Source of the DNA: Actinomycetes bacterium
GTDB taxonomy: Bacteria > Actinomycetota > Acidimicrobiia > Acidimicrobiales > JAJYPT01
Length of the DNA: 32,054 bases
Reading direction: 5' to 3'
NCBI GenBank assembly: GCA_021795135.1
Contig: JAJYPT010000003.1
Location: forward strand, 1-32,054
The position numbers were made by a program, and so were the translations under genes. The stretch's first letter is position 1. Each line of letters begins with the position of its first letter. A model generated the notes under the pieces. It made no database searches. It was not told the origin of the DNA and saw only the letters and a list, made by a program, of their open reading frames with translations. This document shows, piece after piece, positions 9,378 to 16,677 of the stretch.

Positions 9378-10361
9378 GTGATGCGATACGCCTTACATAA
9401 AATTCCGGTATTTCTCCTCACCCTATGGGGCGCTATAACTTTGAATTTTTTACTCCCAAGGTTGATGCCCGGTACTCCATCAGAAGCGGCTTTGGCCAAA
9501 TTTGCTGGGATGGGACCAGTATCTCCATCACAATTACGGGCTATTCAAGCAACTTTGGGAGTCCCTCATGGAAGTTTGATATCACAATATGGGCAATATC
9601 TAAACGATATTGCCCATGGGAGATTTGGAATTTCTTACACATATTTTCCCGAACCAGTAAGTAAACTTATAATTCAAGCCTTACCATGGACTTTGGCTTT
9701 AGTAGGTACGGTAACCATACTGGCTTTTATTATTGGGACCTTATTTGGAGTATTGGCTGCTTGGCGACGAAATAAGCTTTTTGATACTTTTGCAACAGTA
9801 AGTTGTACTTTTAGTTCGGCGTTTCCTTATTTTTGGACAGGACTATTGTTTTTATTTGTTTTTGGATTCGTCTTGGGCTGGTTCCCAATTAAAGGTGGAT
9901 ATGGGGCTTCTATGAGTCCTAATATGAGTTTTAGCTTCTTTGGTAATGCAATATATCATAGCTTATTGCCTGCTGGAACACTTTTGGTTAGTGGCATGGG
10001 TGGATGGTTACTTGGCATGAGAAATAATATGATTCCCACTTTGGGGGAAGATTATGTAATCTTTGCTGAAGCAAATGGACTGCCTAGTCGTAAGATTGCT
10101 CTTCGTTATGCAGCTCGTAATGCTATTTTACCTAATCTAACCGGGTTTGGAATGGCTCTAGGTTTCGTGGTTAGTGGTTCTATTTTGACCGAAGTTGTTT
10201 TCTCATATCCTGGAGTCGGTTTCCTTCTCTATAACGCTGTAATCAATAATGACTACCCACTTATGCAAGCCTTATTTTTGATTATAACCATTACCGTATT
10301 GGTGGCTAATTTTTTAGTAGATTTACTTTACGGATGGCTTGACCCGCGAGTTAGACGATGA
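9378..10361 (+). CDS. Opp/Dpp-type ABC permease (OppB-like)
   Basis: LPRLMPG, EDYVIFAEANGL EAA loop, EVVFSYPGVG, NDYPLMQ, LDPRVR. Start may be the ATG at 9381. Confidence 0.93.
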   Translation: MMRYALHKIPVFLLTLWGAITLNFLLPRLMPGTPSEAALAKFAGMGPVSPSQLRAIQATLGVPHGSLISQYGQYLNDIAHGRFGISYTYFPEPVSKLIIQALPWTLALVGTVTILAFIIGTLFGVLAAWRRNKLFDTFATVSCTFSSAFPYFWTGLLFLFVFGFVLGWFPIKGGYGASMSPNMSFSFFGNAIYHSLLPAGTLLVSGMGGWLLGMRNNMIPTLGEDYVIFAEANGLPSRKIALRYAARNAILPNLTGFGMALGFVVSGSILTEVVFSYPGVGFLLYNAVINNDYPLMQALFLIITITVLVANFLVDLLYGWLDPRVRR

Positions 10362-11299
10362 ATTTTCCTTTGTTAGATAATAATATTAAAAATTTGTTGA
10401 CAAAAGAAGAACTAGCGAAGAAGCTTTCTTCGCGCTCTTCTAACTCTGGAACTTTTATAATACGTGCTTTTTTAACCTTATGGGAAAATCGCAAGGCTCG
10501 AGTGGGAATAGCTATACTTGGTATTTTTATTCTAACTGCAATATTGGCACCAGTGCTTAGCCCTTATTCTCCAACTTCAACAAATTTTTCACGTTCAGCA
10601 GCACCAAGCTGGGCGCATCCCTTAGGAACCACCGGTCAAGGCCAAGATGCTCTTTCTCAATTGATATGGGGCACTCGGGTTTCTGTGTTTGTTGGTTTTG
10701 CCGCCGGTGCGCTTGCAACGATTGTAGCTGTAACCATTGGTCTTGTTGCTGGCTTTGTGGGAGGAGTTATTGATACCATTTTGTCTTTTGTTGTCAATCT
10801 TGCTCTGGTAGTTCCTTCTTTGCCATTGATGATAGTGATTGCTACTTATATACCGGGACGTGGAATTGGGGTAATCATTTTTGTCATATTTGTAACTGGA
10901 TGGGCGTGGGGAGCTAGAGTCCTTCGAAGCCAAACTACTAGTTTGAGGCAAAGAGATTTTGTTGTAGCTGCCCAATTTTCTGGAGAGCGACTTCCTCGTA
11001 TTGTCTTGCGAGAAATATTACCTAACATGACATCTCTTATTGCAGCCAATTTTTTTGGAGCAGCTACAGCAGCCGTGCTTGCTGAGGCAGGTTTAGAGTT
11101 TTTAGGGTTAGGCAATCCCAGCATAGTTAGTTGGGGGACAATGCTTTATTGGGCTCAAAACAACAGTGCTCTACTTACTGGAGAATGGGCTCTTGTTTTT
11201 GCTCCAGGCCTTTGTATTGCCTTATTGGCTGCCTCATTATCATTAATCAACTTTGGGGTAGATGCTCTTGCCAACCCCCGCCTACGGGAACATAAATAA
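10358..11299 (+). CDS. Opp/Dpp-type ABC permease (OppC-like)
   Basis: HPLGTTGQGQD, ARVLRSQ..RDFVVAA, EILPN, EAGLEFLGLG, SWGTML. Confidence 0.93.
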   Translation: MNFPLLDNNIKNLLTKEELAKKLSSRSSNSGTFIIRAFLTLWENRKARVGIAILGIFILTAILAPVLSPYSPTSTNFSRSAAPSWAHPLGTTGQGQDALSQLIWGTRVSVFVGFAAGALATIVAVTIGLVAGFVGGVIDTILSFVVNLALVVPSLPLMIVIATYIPGRGIGVIIFVIFVTGWAWGARVLRSQTTSLRQRDFVVAAQFSGERLPRIVLREILPNMTSLIAANFFGAATAAVLAEAGLEFLGLGNPSIVSWGTMLYWAQNNSALLTGEWALVFAPGLCIALLAASLSLINFGVDALANPRLREHK

Positions 11300-12279
11300 T
11301 GTCCCTATTAGAAGCGGTGAGGATAAATGTCGTGTATGAACCTTTCAGAGGAGCTGAAATACATTCGGTCAGAGATGTTTCACTACGAATAGAACATGGG
11401 GAGATAGTTGGCTTAGTAGGAGAATCTGGATGTGGCAAATCAACTCTTGCGTATGCTCTTACCAAAATGCTACATTCACCAGCTCGATTTGTCTCAGGAA
11501 AAATTTTTTTCAAAGGTGAAGATATTACTGACTTAAGTGGAGAGAATCTACGTCTTCATCGGCGTAAAAGTTTTGCACTTGTTCTACAAAGTGGGATGAA
11601 TGCTCTAAATCCTGTGATCAGTATTGAAGATCATTTTGTAGATGTCATGCGAGCGTATGAAAAGGTCAAATTTAAAGATATTCGTTCTAAAGCAGAACTT
11701 CTTTTGAAAAGTGTGCACTTACCACAATATACCCTTGAACGTTATCCCCATGAATTATCTGGAGGTATGCGTCAACGAGTAGCAATAGCACTTGCTCTTG
11801 CTTTGGATCCACAATTGGTAATTTTTGATGAGCCAACTACTGCATTAGACGTCCTAGCTCAAGAAGCAGTCATAGCTACCATTAGAGAACTACAACATAG
11901 TTTTGGCTTTTCTGCTTTATTGGTAAGTCATGATTTGGGGTTGGTACTGGATGCAACTGATCGTGTAATGGTAATGTATGCAGGCCGGGTAGTTGAAAAC
12001 CAAAATTCTTCGACGATGTATAAACACGCCCAACATCCCTATACAAAAGCTTTGCTTGATTGTTACGCTGATCCAAGAGCTGAAGAAGTAAAGCTAGGAG
12101 GTATTCCGGGCTCGCCTCCAGATCTTTCTTCTCATATAGATGGTTGTTCGTTTCAGCCCCGTTGCAATTTGGCCGAAGCACAATGTTCTTTAAATGAACC
12201 TCCCTTGTATCGTAGTGAATTTGGCCACGTAGCCTGTTTTGTGGCGAGTCAGAAAACAAAAGAAAATCTCAATGAATAA
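11299..12279 (+). CDS. Opp/Dpp-type ABC ATPase (OppD-like)
   Basis: GESGCGKST, YPHELSGGMRQR, DEPTTALD, HPYT and C-terminal Cys cluster (GCSFQPRC..C..VAC). Confidence 0.94.
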   Translation: MSLLEAVRINVVYEPFRGAEIHSVRDVSLRIEHGEIVGLVGESGCGKSTLAYALTKMLHSPARFVSGKIFFKGEDITDLSGENLRLHRRKSFALVLQSGMNALNPVISIEDHFVDVMRAYEKVKFKDIRSKAELLLKSVHLPQYTLERYPHELSGGMRQRVAIALALALDPQLVIFDEPTTALDVLAQEAVIATIRELQHSFGFSALLVSHDLGLVLDATDRVMVMYAGRVVENQNSSTMYKHAQHPYTKALLDCYADPRAEEVKLGGIPGSPPDLSSHIDGCSFQPRCNLAEAQCSLNEPPLYRSEFGHVACFVASQKTKENLNE

Positions 12280-13090
12280 AATTGATAGTTTTAGAAAAAC
12301 TGGGACTTTAGTAGTTGAAGATGTCACAAAGCTATATCAAGGACGGCGACGCCATGAAGCATCGGTAGTGGCAGTTAAAAATGTTTCATTTACACTTCCA
12401 GCTGGAGGAACCATCGGTCTAGTTGGTGCTAGTGGGAGCGGGAAAAGTACTCTTGCTCGTTTGATAACAGGAGCAGAACGGCCAAGTTCGGGAAGTATTG
12501 TCTTTAGTGACTATAGAGTGGAGAGACTTCGTGGTAAGAATCTACGTCATTACTATGGAGATGTCCAACTAGTATTTCAAGACCCTTACGCAGCTCTTAA
12601 TCCACTCAATACGGTTAGCTACGCTTTGACCCGCCCAATAATCAATTATTTAGGTGTTTCAACACAGCAAGCTCGATTGCGGGTCAATGAATTGCTTGAA
12701 CTGGTTGGTTTGACCCCTGTTGAACAATTTGGTGCTAAACTTCCTCATCAGCTTTCTGGAGGTCAGCGCCAGCGAGTTGTACTTGCTCGCGCATTAGCGT
12801 GTAAGCCTCAATTACTTGTAGCTGATGAGCCAGTATCGATGCTTGATGTTTCACTTCGAGCCGAAATACTTAGTTTATTGGATCAGCTAAGAAGACAAAC
12901 TGGGATAAGTCTTATATATATAACTCATGATTTACTTAGCGCTCGTTTGGTAACTAATAATCTTCTTGTATTGAATAATGGTCAAGTTGTTGAGCAAGGT
13001 CCAACTTTAGAGGTATTGAGAAATCCACAAAATGAATATACAAAAAAGCTACTTGCTGCACTTCCGAATCCATCTCATTGGAGTACCTAA
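12272..13090 (+). CDS. Opp/Dpp-type ABC ATPase (OppF-like)
   Basis: GASGSGKST, VFQDPY, LSGGQRQR, DEPVSMLD. ATG at 12272, overlapping the upstream gene end, preferred over TTG at 12239. Confidence 0.93.
   Translation: MNKIDSFRKTGTLVVEDVTKLYQGRRRHEASVVAVKNVSFTLPAGGTIGLVGASGSGKSTLARLITGAERPSSGSIVFSDYRVERLRGKNLRHYYGDVQLVFQDPYAALNPLNTVSYALTRPIINYLGVSTQQARLRVNELLELVGLTPVEQFGAKLPHQLSGGQRQRVVLARALACKPQLLVADEPVSMLDVSLRAEILSLLDQLRRQTGISLIYITHDLLSARLVTNNLLVLNNGQVVEQGPTLEVLRNPQNEYTKKLLAALPNPSHWST
13075..13086 (+). repeat. 12-bp direct repeat, copy 1 (TCATTGGAGTAC)
   Basis: Identical to 14096-14107. The two copies bracket the esterase gene. Confidence 0.7.
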
Positions 13091-13133
13091 AGTTAGGCTC
13101 TTTTTTGCAAGATTACAACTAACATAGACTTTA

Positions 13134-14078
13134 TTATTGTGGGTAAAAAGTGTTTTTGAGTGCAATATCTCGATCAGACGTAAAACGTTGAGAGATTTGA
13201 GCTGTGGGTACCATATGGTCAAAACCATGAGGGGCACCACGATACACATGTAGTTCAGTCGAAACATTTGATTGCATAAGTCTATTAGCATAAATTATGT
13301 CTTCATCTACAAATAAATCTAATTCACCAGTCATTATTGTTGCTGGTGCAACTCCTGATAAATCAGTCATTCGGGTAGGAGCTGCATATGGTGATATATT
13401 TTTTGTTCCATAATTAGTTCCTAGGTAACTACGCCAAGCAATTTCATTATTAGTACGATTCCATAATTGAGGCTCGGTAACCATATAGCTAGAAGGTGTG
13501 GAATTAGTATCATCAAGCATGGGAGAGATTAGAATTTGATGAGTAATATTAAATTCTCCTTTATCTCGTATAAGTAAAGCCAAACTAGTTGCAGAACCTC
13601 CTCCTGAACTACGACCACCGACAACTATTCGATTAATATCGATTTGTAATTGTGAGGCATTTTCTATGATCCAAGCTAAGCCAGTATAGCAATCTTGCAG
13701 TGCTGCTGGAAAAGGGTGCTCAGGTGCCCGTCGCCAATCTACAGAAACGACAGCACATTGATGTTTGTTGACGATTTCTTCACAGAATTGGTCATCTAAA
13801 TCTGGAGAGGTGATGACATATCCTCCGCCTTGAATCCAATATAGACAGGGCAAAACATCATTTGTGTTAGAAGAAGGCTTAAAAATCCTAAGCATCACAC
13901 TAGGTTTGTTGTCTTTGCTTGGTGTCCAATAATCTGAATGGCTAATTGATAGATTTGATTTTGGAACATGACCGTAGGCTCTTGCTGCTCGAACAGCCTC
14001 AATATTTGTTAAATCCAAAACAGGCAATTTTGAGACCACTGGCATAAACTCGGGATCCAGGCGGTTTAAAATTGGCAT
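13134..14078 (-). CDS. Alpha/beta hydrolase, HSL/family IV esterase-lipase
   Basis: IQGGGY oxyanion motif, VDWRRAPEHPFPAALQD, GRSSGG nucleophile, GELD acid, HGF histidine. Confidence 0.92.
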   Translation of the reverse strand: MPILNRLDPEFMPVVSKLPVLDLTNIEAVRAARAYGHVPKSNLSISHSDYWTPSKDNKPSVMLRIFKPSSNTNDVLPCLYWIQGGGYVITSPDLDDQFCEEIVNKHQCAVVSVDWRRAPEHPFPAALQDCYTGLAWIIENASQLQIDINRIVVGGRSSGGGSATSLALLIRDKGEFNITHQILISPMLDDTNSTPSSYMVTEPQLWNRTNNEIAWRSYLGTNYGTKNISPYAAPTRMTDLSGVAPATIMTGELDLFVDEDIIYANRLMQSNVSTELHVYRGAPHGFDHMVPTAQISQRFTSDRDIALKNTFYPQ

Positions 14079-14091
14079 TTTAGTTATTTAG

Positions 14092-14129
14092 TAATTCATT
14101 GGAGTACTCGATAGTGTTCCAATGAATTA
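14092..14129. repeat. Inverted repeat/hairpin between sufC copy 2 and esterase (terminator or operator)
   Basis: TAATTCATTGGA (14092-14103) / TCCAATGAATTA (14118-14129), extendable to 17 bp with G-U pairs on the + strand, loop CGAT. Contains direct-repeat copy 2. Confidence 0.75.
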
Positions 14130-14174
14130 GAAAGTAGTTAAAAATGCCACGCAGAAAGCCGTATAACATTTGTT

Positions 14175-14927
14175 TTAATTTCTCTCACGCCAAGCTTCAT
14201 ATCCTTGCTCTTCGAGTTGTTTAGCTAGTTCTGGTCCACCTTGTTCCACTATCTTTCCATTTACTAAGATATGAACATAATCAGGAGTTATCTCATCTAA
14301 TATTCTTTGATAATGGGTAATTAGTAGAACTCCTAATTCGGGACGGCTCTTTCTAACTTCTTTTACTCCTCGAGCTACCACTCTAAGGGCATCTATATCG
14401 AGCCCAGAATCTGTTTCATCTAATATAGCTATCTCTGGCTCCAATATAGCCATTTGGAGAACTTCATTACGTTTTTTTTCTCCTCCTGAGAAGCCTTCAT
14501 TTAAATGTCGGGTGGCAAAAGAAGGATCCATACCCAAGCGGTCCATCCATTCCATTATTGTAAGTCTAAGTTCAAGTATGGAAAGTTCCATGCCTTTTCT
14601 AGCTGAAAGAGCCTGACGTAAGAATTGGATAACTGGTACGCCAGAAATTTCTTCTGGATATTGAAAAGCTAAAAATATACCAGCTTTACCTCTTATATCT
14701 GGGGTCCAAGAAGTTATGTCTTCACCTTGAAAAATAATTTTTCCTGAAGTGACTTCATAATCAGGACTACCTAATAAAGTATTGGCTAATGTAGATTTTC
14801 CTGAGCCGTTAGGACCCATTAGGGCATGTATCTCCCCATCATTTACTAATAGGTTAACGCCTTTTAGGATTTCAGTTCCTTCTACGTTGACATGAAGATC
14901 TTGGATTTCAAAAAGAGGTGTAGTCAC
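14175..14927 (-). CDS. sufC: Fe-S cluster assembly ATPase SufC (copy 2)
   Basis: GPNGSGKST, FLAFQYPEEISGV, canonical LNEGFSGGEKKRNE, LDETDSGLDIDAL, ITHYQRIL. GTG start. Confidence 0.94.
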   Translation of the reverse strand: MTTPLFEIQDLHVNVEGTEILKGVNLLVNDGEIHALMGPNGSGKSTLANTLLGSPDYEVTSGKIIFQGEDITSWTPDIRGKAGIFLAFQYPEEISGVPVIQFLRQALSARKGMELSILELRLTIMEWMDRLGMDPSFATRHLNEGFSGGEKKRNEVLQMAILEPEIAILDETDSGLDIDALRVVARGVKEVRKSRPELGVLLITHYQRILDEITPDYVHILVNGKIVEQGGPELAKQLEEQGYEAWRERN

Positions 14928-14978
14928 AGTTCCAGTTTATATCTATAGAAAGTTTATGAGAATATTACTATTAAAAGG

Positions 14979-15590
14979 TTACCATCCCCTTTGAATCCAT
15001 TCATCTAAATGAGGCCGTTCATTTCCAATAGTTGTAGCTTTCCCATGTCCAGGAAGAACTACTGTATTGTCTGCAAATAGAGCAAAAACTTTATTTTTTA
15101 GAGAATCCATGATTTGTTTGAAATCTCCTCCAGGGAAATGAGTGGCGCCGGGGCCTCCTGGGAAAAGAGTATCTCCACTAAACAAAACAGAAGAGCCAGG
15201 TATTGAATAACAGGTAGATCCTGGAGTATGTCCTGGAGTATGTATAGCTTTTAATATTAAGTTTCCAAAGGGCAGTTCTTGTCCATCTTCGATACAAAAA
15301 TCGTATTCTTCTAACATTGAACTATCTTTAGTTCCTATACCTACTTTGACCCCAGCTTTTCTAAGCTGAGCTATTGCACGTACATGATCCCAATGGCCAT
15401 GGGTGTGAACTGCTGTAGTAGACTTCAATTTTTTAGACAATTTTAGTAAAAGTTCAGGATTGTCTGCTGCATCTATAATTATGGAGTTAGAAGTTTTTTT
15501 ACAAACTGGAAAATAAACATTGTTATCTAAATTTCCCACTGAAACTTGATAAATAATACTTTGTTCGTCTTCGTAAGCAATATCGGTCAT
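14979..15590 (-). CDS. MBL-fold metallo-hydrolase (glyoxalase II-like)
   Basis: THGHWDH, HTPGHT, SGDTLF, PGHG. AAGGAGG SD at 15594-15600. Confidence 0.93.
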   Translation of the reverse strand: MTDIAYEDEQSIIYQVSVGNLDNNVYFPVCKKTSNSIIIDAADNPELLLKLSKKLKSTTAVHTHGHWDHVRAIAQLRKAGVKVGIGTKDSSMLEEYDFCIEDGQELPFGNLILKAIHTPGHTPGSTCYSIPGSSVLFSGDTLFPGGPGATHFPGGDFKQIMDSLKNKVFALFADNTVVLPGHGKATTIGNERPHLDEWIQRGW

Positions 15591-15602
15591 TTTCCTCCTT
15601 AG

Positions 15603-15644
15603 AAATAATAGAAAAAATTTCTTTGGATGATTTTTCTATTATTT
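15603..15644. repeat. Perfect 14-bp inverted repeat upstream of MBL hydrolase
   Basis: AAATAATAGAAAAA (15603-15616), 14-nt spacer, TTTTTCTATTATTT (15631-15644). Confidence 0.75.
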
Positions 15645-15689
15645 GTAGATGCGATATGTTTAAATTACCAGAGAAAGGAGGTGGTCCAA

Positions 15690-15734
15690 CTGATAGGTAA
15701 ACGTTTTGGGACTCTGGAGGTGTCTGACCGTTAG
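15690..15734 (+). CDS. Candidate 14-aa small ORF (M)IGKRFGTLEVSDR
   Basis: CTG codon 8 nt after GGAGG, TAG at 15732-15734. Non-canonical start; translation unproven. Confidence 0.35.
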   Translation: MIGKRFGTLEVSDR

Positions 15735-15841
15735 GCAGCACTGAGGACTTCCTGACAATCCAAGTCAGGCACCGAATTCACAACGTGTCAAGTCTAGTCC
15801 CACTTGATAAACAAACTTGTGAATTTCTTTTCCCAGTAGTT

Positions 15842-15878
15842 TTGCACAAGGATAGCTAGCTATCCTTGTGCAATTTTT
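15842..15878 (+). terminator. Intrinsic terminator formed by a perfect 32-bp palindrome
   Basis: TTGCACAAGGATAGCT|AGCTATCCTTGTGCAA (15842-15873) followed by TTTTT. U-tract present only on the + strand. Confidence 0.85.
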
Positions 15879-15927
15879 ATGTCTAATCTAGGGCTGAACT
15901 ATTTTTAAATACTAGACTTTGTGCTAA

Positions 15928-16677
15928 ATGCAAACACAGATAAAAAGTAACGATTATCTTCTTCCAGGATGTATATTTTTCCCTCCTAAAAATGCAAGTA
16001 TGCCTTTGGTTCATGTTTTGATTCTTTGTCATGATTTTCCTGTTTTCAAAGAAGAGACCAATCTTTTTTCAAAGACCTATTGTGAACTTGCAGACAGAAT
16101 TTCTCAAGAAGTTGGCTGGACGGTACTTTATTTTAATTTCTCAGGAATTGGAGATGCTCCAGGTTCATTTTCTCTATCTCAATGGCTAAATGATTTGAAA
16201 TCAGCTGTAGATTTTGTATATGAGATGGATAAAATCAACGGGGTTTGGCTAGCAGGCTTTGGTGTGGGTGGCGGACTAGCTCTATGTGCAGCAGCTGAAG
16301 ATGCTCGTATCAAAGGAGTAGCTTCTTTTGGTGCCTGGTCAGATTTCAATGAATGGTCTAATCCAGAGCTGATTGTGGATTTAGCCAAACGAGTTGGAGC
16401 AATAAAACCAAAGCATCAAGTGGATTTAGATAAATGGCGCAATGAGTTTAAATCAATAAAGCCAATTGCTGGAATTGGAAAAGTCCCTCCTCGTTCTTTA
16501 TTGATTGTACATGGATCTGAAGACGAAGTAGCCCCAGCTGTAGAAGCTAGAGCCTTATCTAACGCTGCTGAAGAACAAGTAGAACTTAGAGTTATACCAG
16601 GTGCCAAACACCGTATAAGAGACGATCCTCGAGCTATTGCTATTCTTTTGGGGTGGCTGGACCGTCAATTCGTTTAG
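15928..16677 (+). CDS. Alpha/beta hydrolase-fold protein lacking the nucleophilic Ser
   Basis: FNFSGIGDAPG, LAGFGVGG at the elbow, VHGSEDEV, GAKH. Confidence 0.85.
   Translation: MQTQIKSNDYLLPGCIFFPPKNASMPLVHVLILCHDFPVFKEETNLFSKTYCELADRISQEVGWTVLYFNFSGIGDAPGSFSLSQWLNDLKSAVDFVYEMDKINGVWLAGFGVGGGLALCAAAEDARIKGVASFGAWSDFNEWSNPELIVDLAKRVGAIKPKHQVDLDKWRNEFKSIKPIAGIGKVPPRSLLIVHGSEDEVAPAVEARALSNAAEEQVELRVIPGAKHRIRDDPRAIAILLGWLDRQFV

Larger units (their letters stand above)
15667..15878 (+). ncRNA. Putative structured small RNA / sORF transcript with extended 16S-3'-end complementarity
   Basis: AGAAAGGAGGTGGTCCAAC at 15672-15690. Stems 15721-15727/15731-15737, 15751-15756/15764-15769, and 15774-15783/15817-15826 enclosing 15786-15793/15802-15809. 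Terminator 15842-15878. Possible -10 TATGTT at 15655-15660. Family not recognised. Confidence 0.65.

Noticed and set aside
15640-15666. Possible dif site (TATGTTTAAAT resembles the XerD arm)
   Set aside because: Extra base in the arm and no XerC arm. Better explained as a -10 region.
15672-15690. 16S rRNA gene or fragment on the minus strand
   Set aside because: Similarity is limited to the last ~19 nt. No helix 44/45 sequence (e.g. AAGTCGTAACAAGG) adjoins it.
15523-15741. 72-aa minus-strand ORF across the RNA element
   Set aside because: Overlaps the MBL gene out of frame, has a weak start and no recognisable motif.
15667-15878. tmRNA, SRP RNA, 6S RNA, TPP or cobalamin riboswitch
   Set aside because: No tRNA-like ends or Ala-ending tag, no SRP GGAA/AGCAG loop, local hairpins rather than one long rod, and no riboswitch consensus that I can identify.
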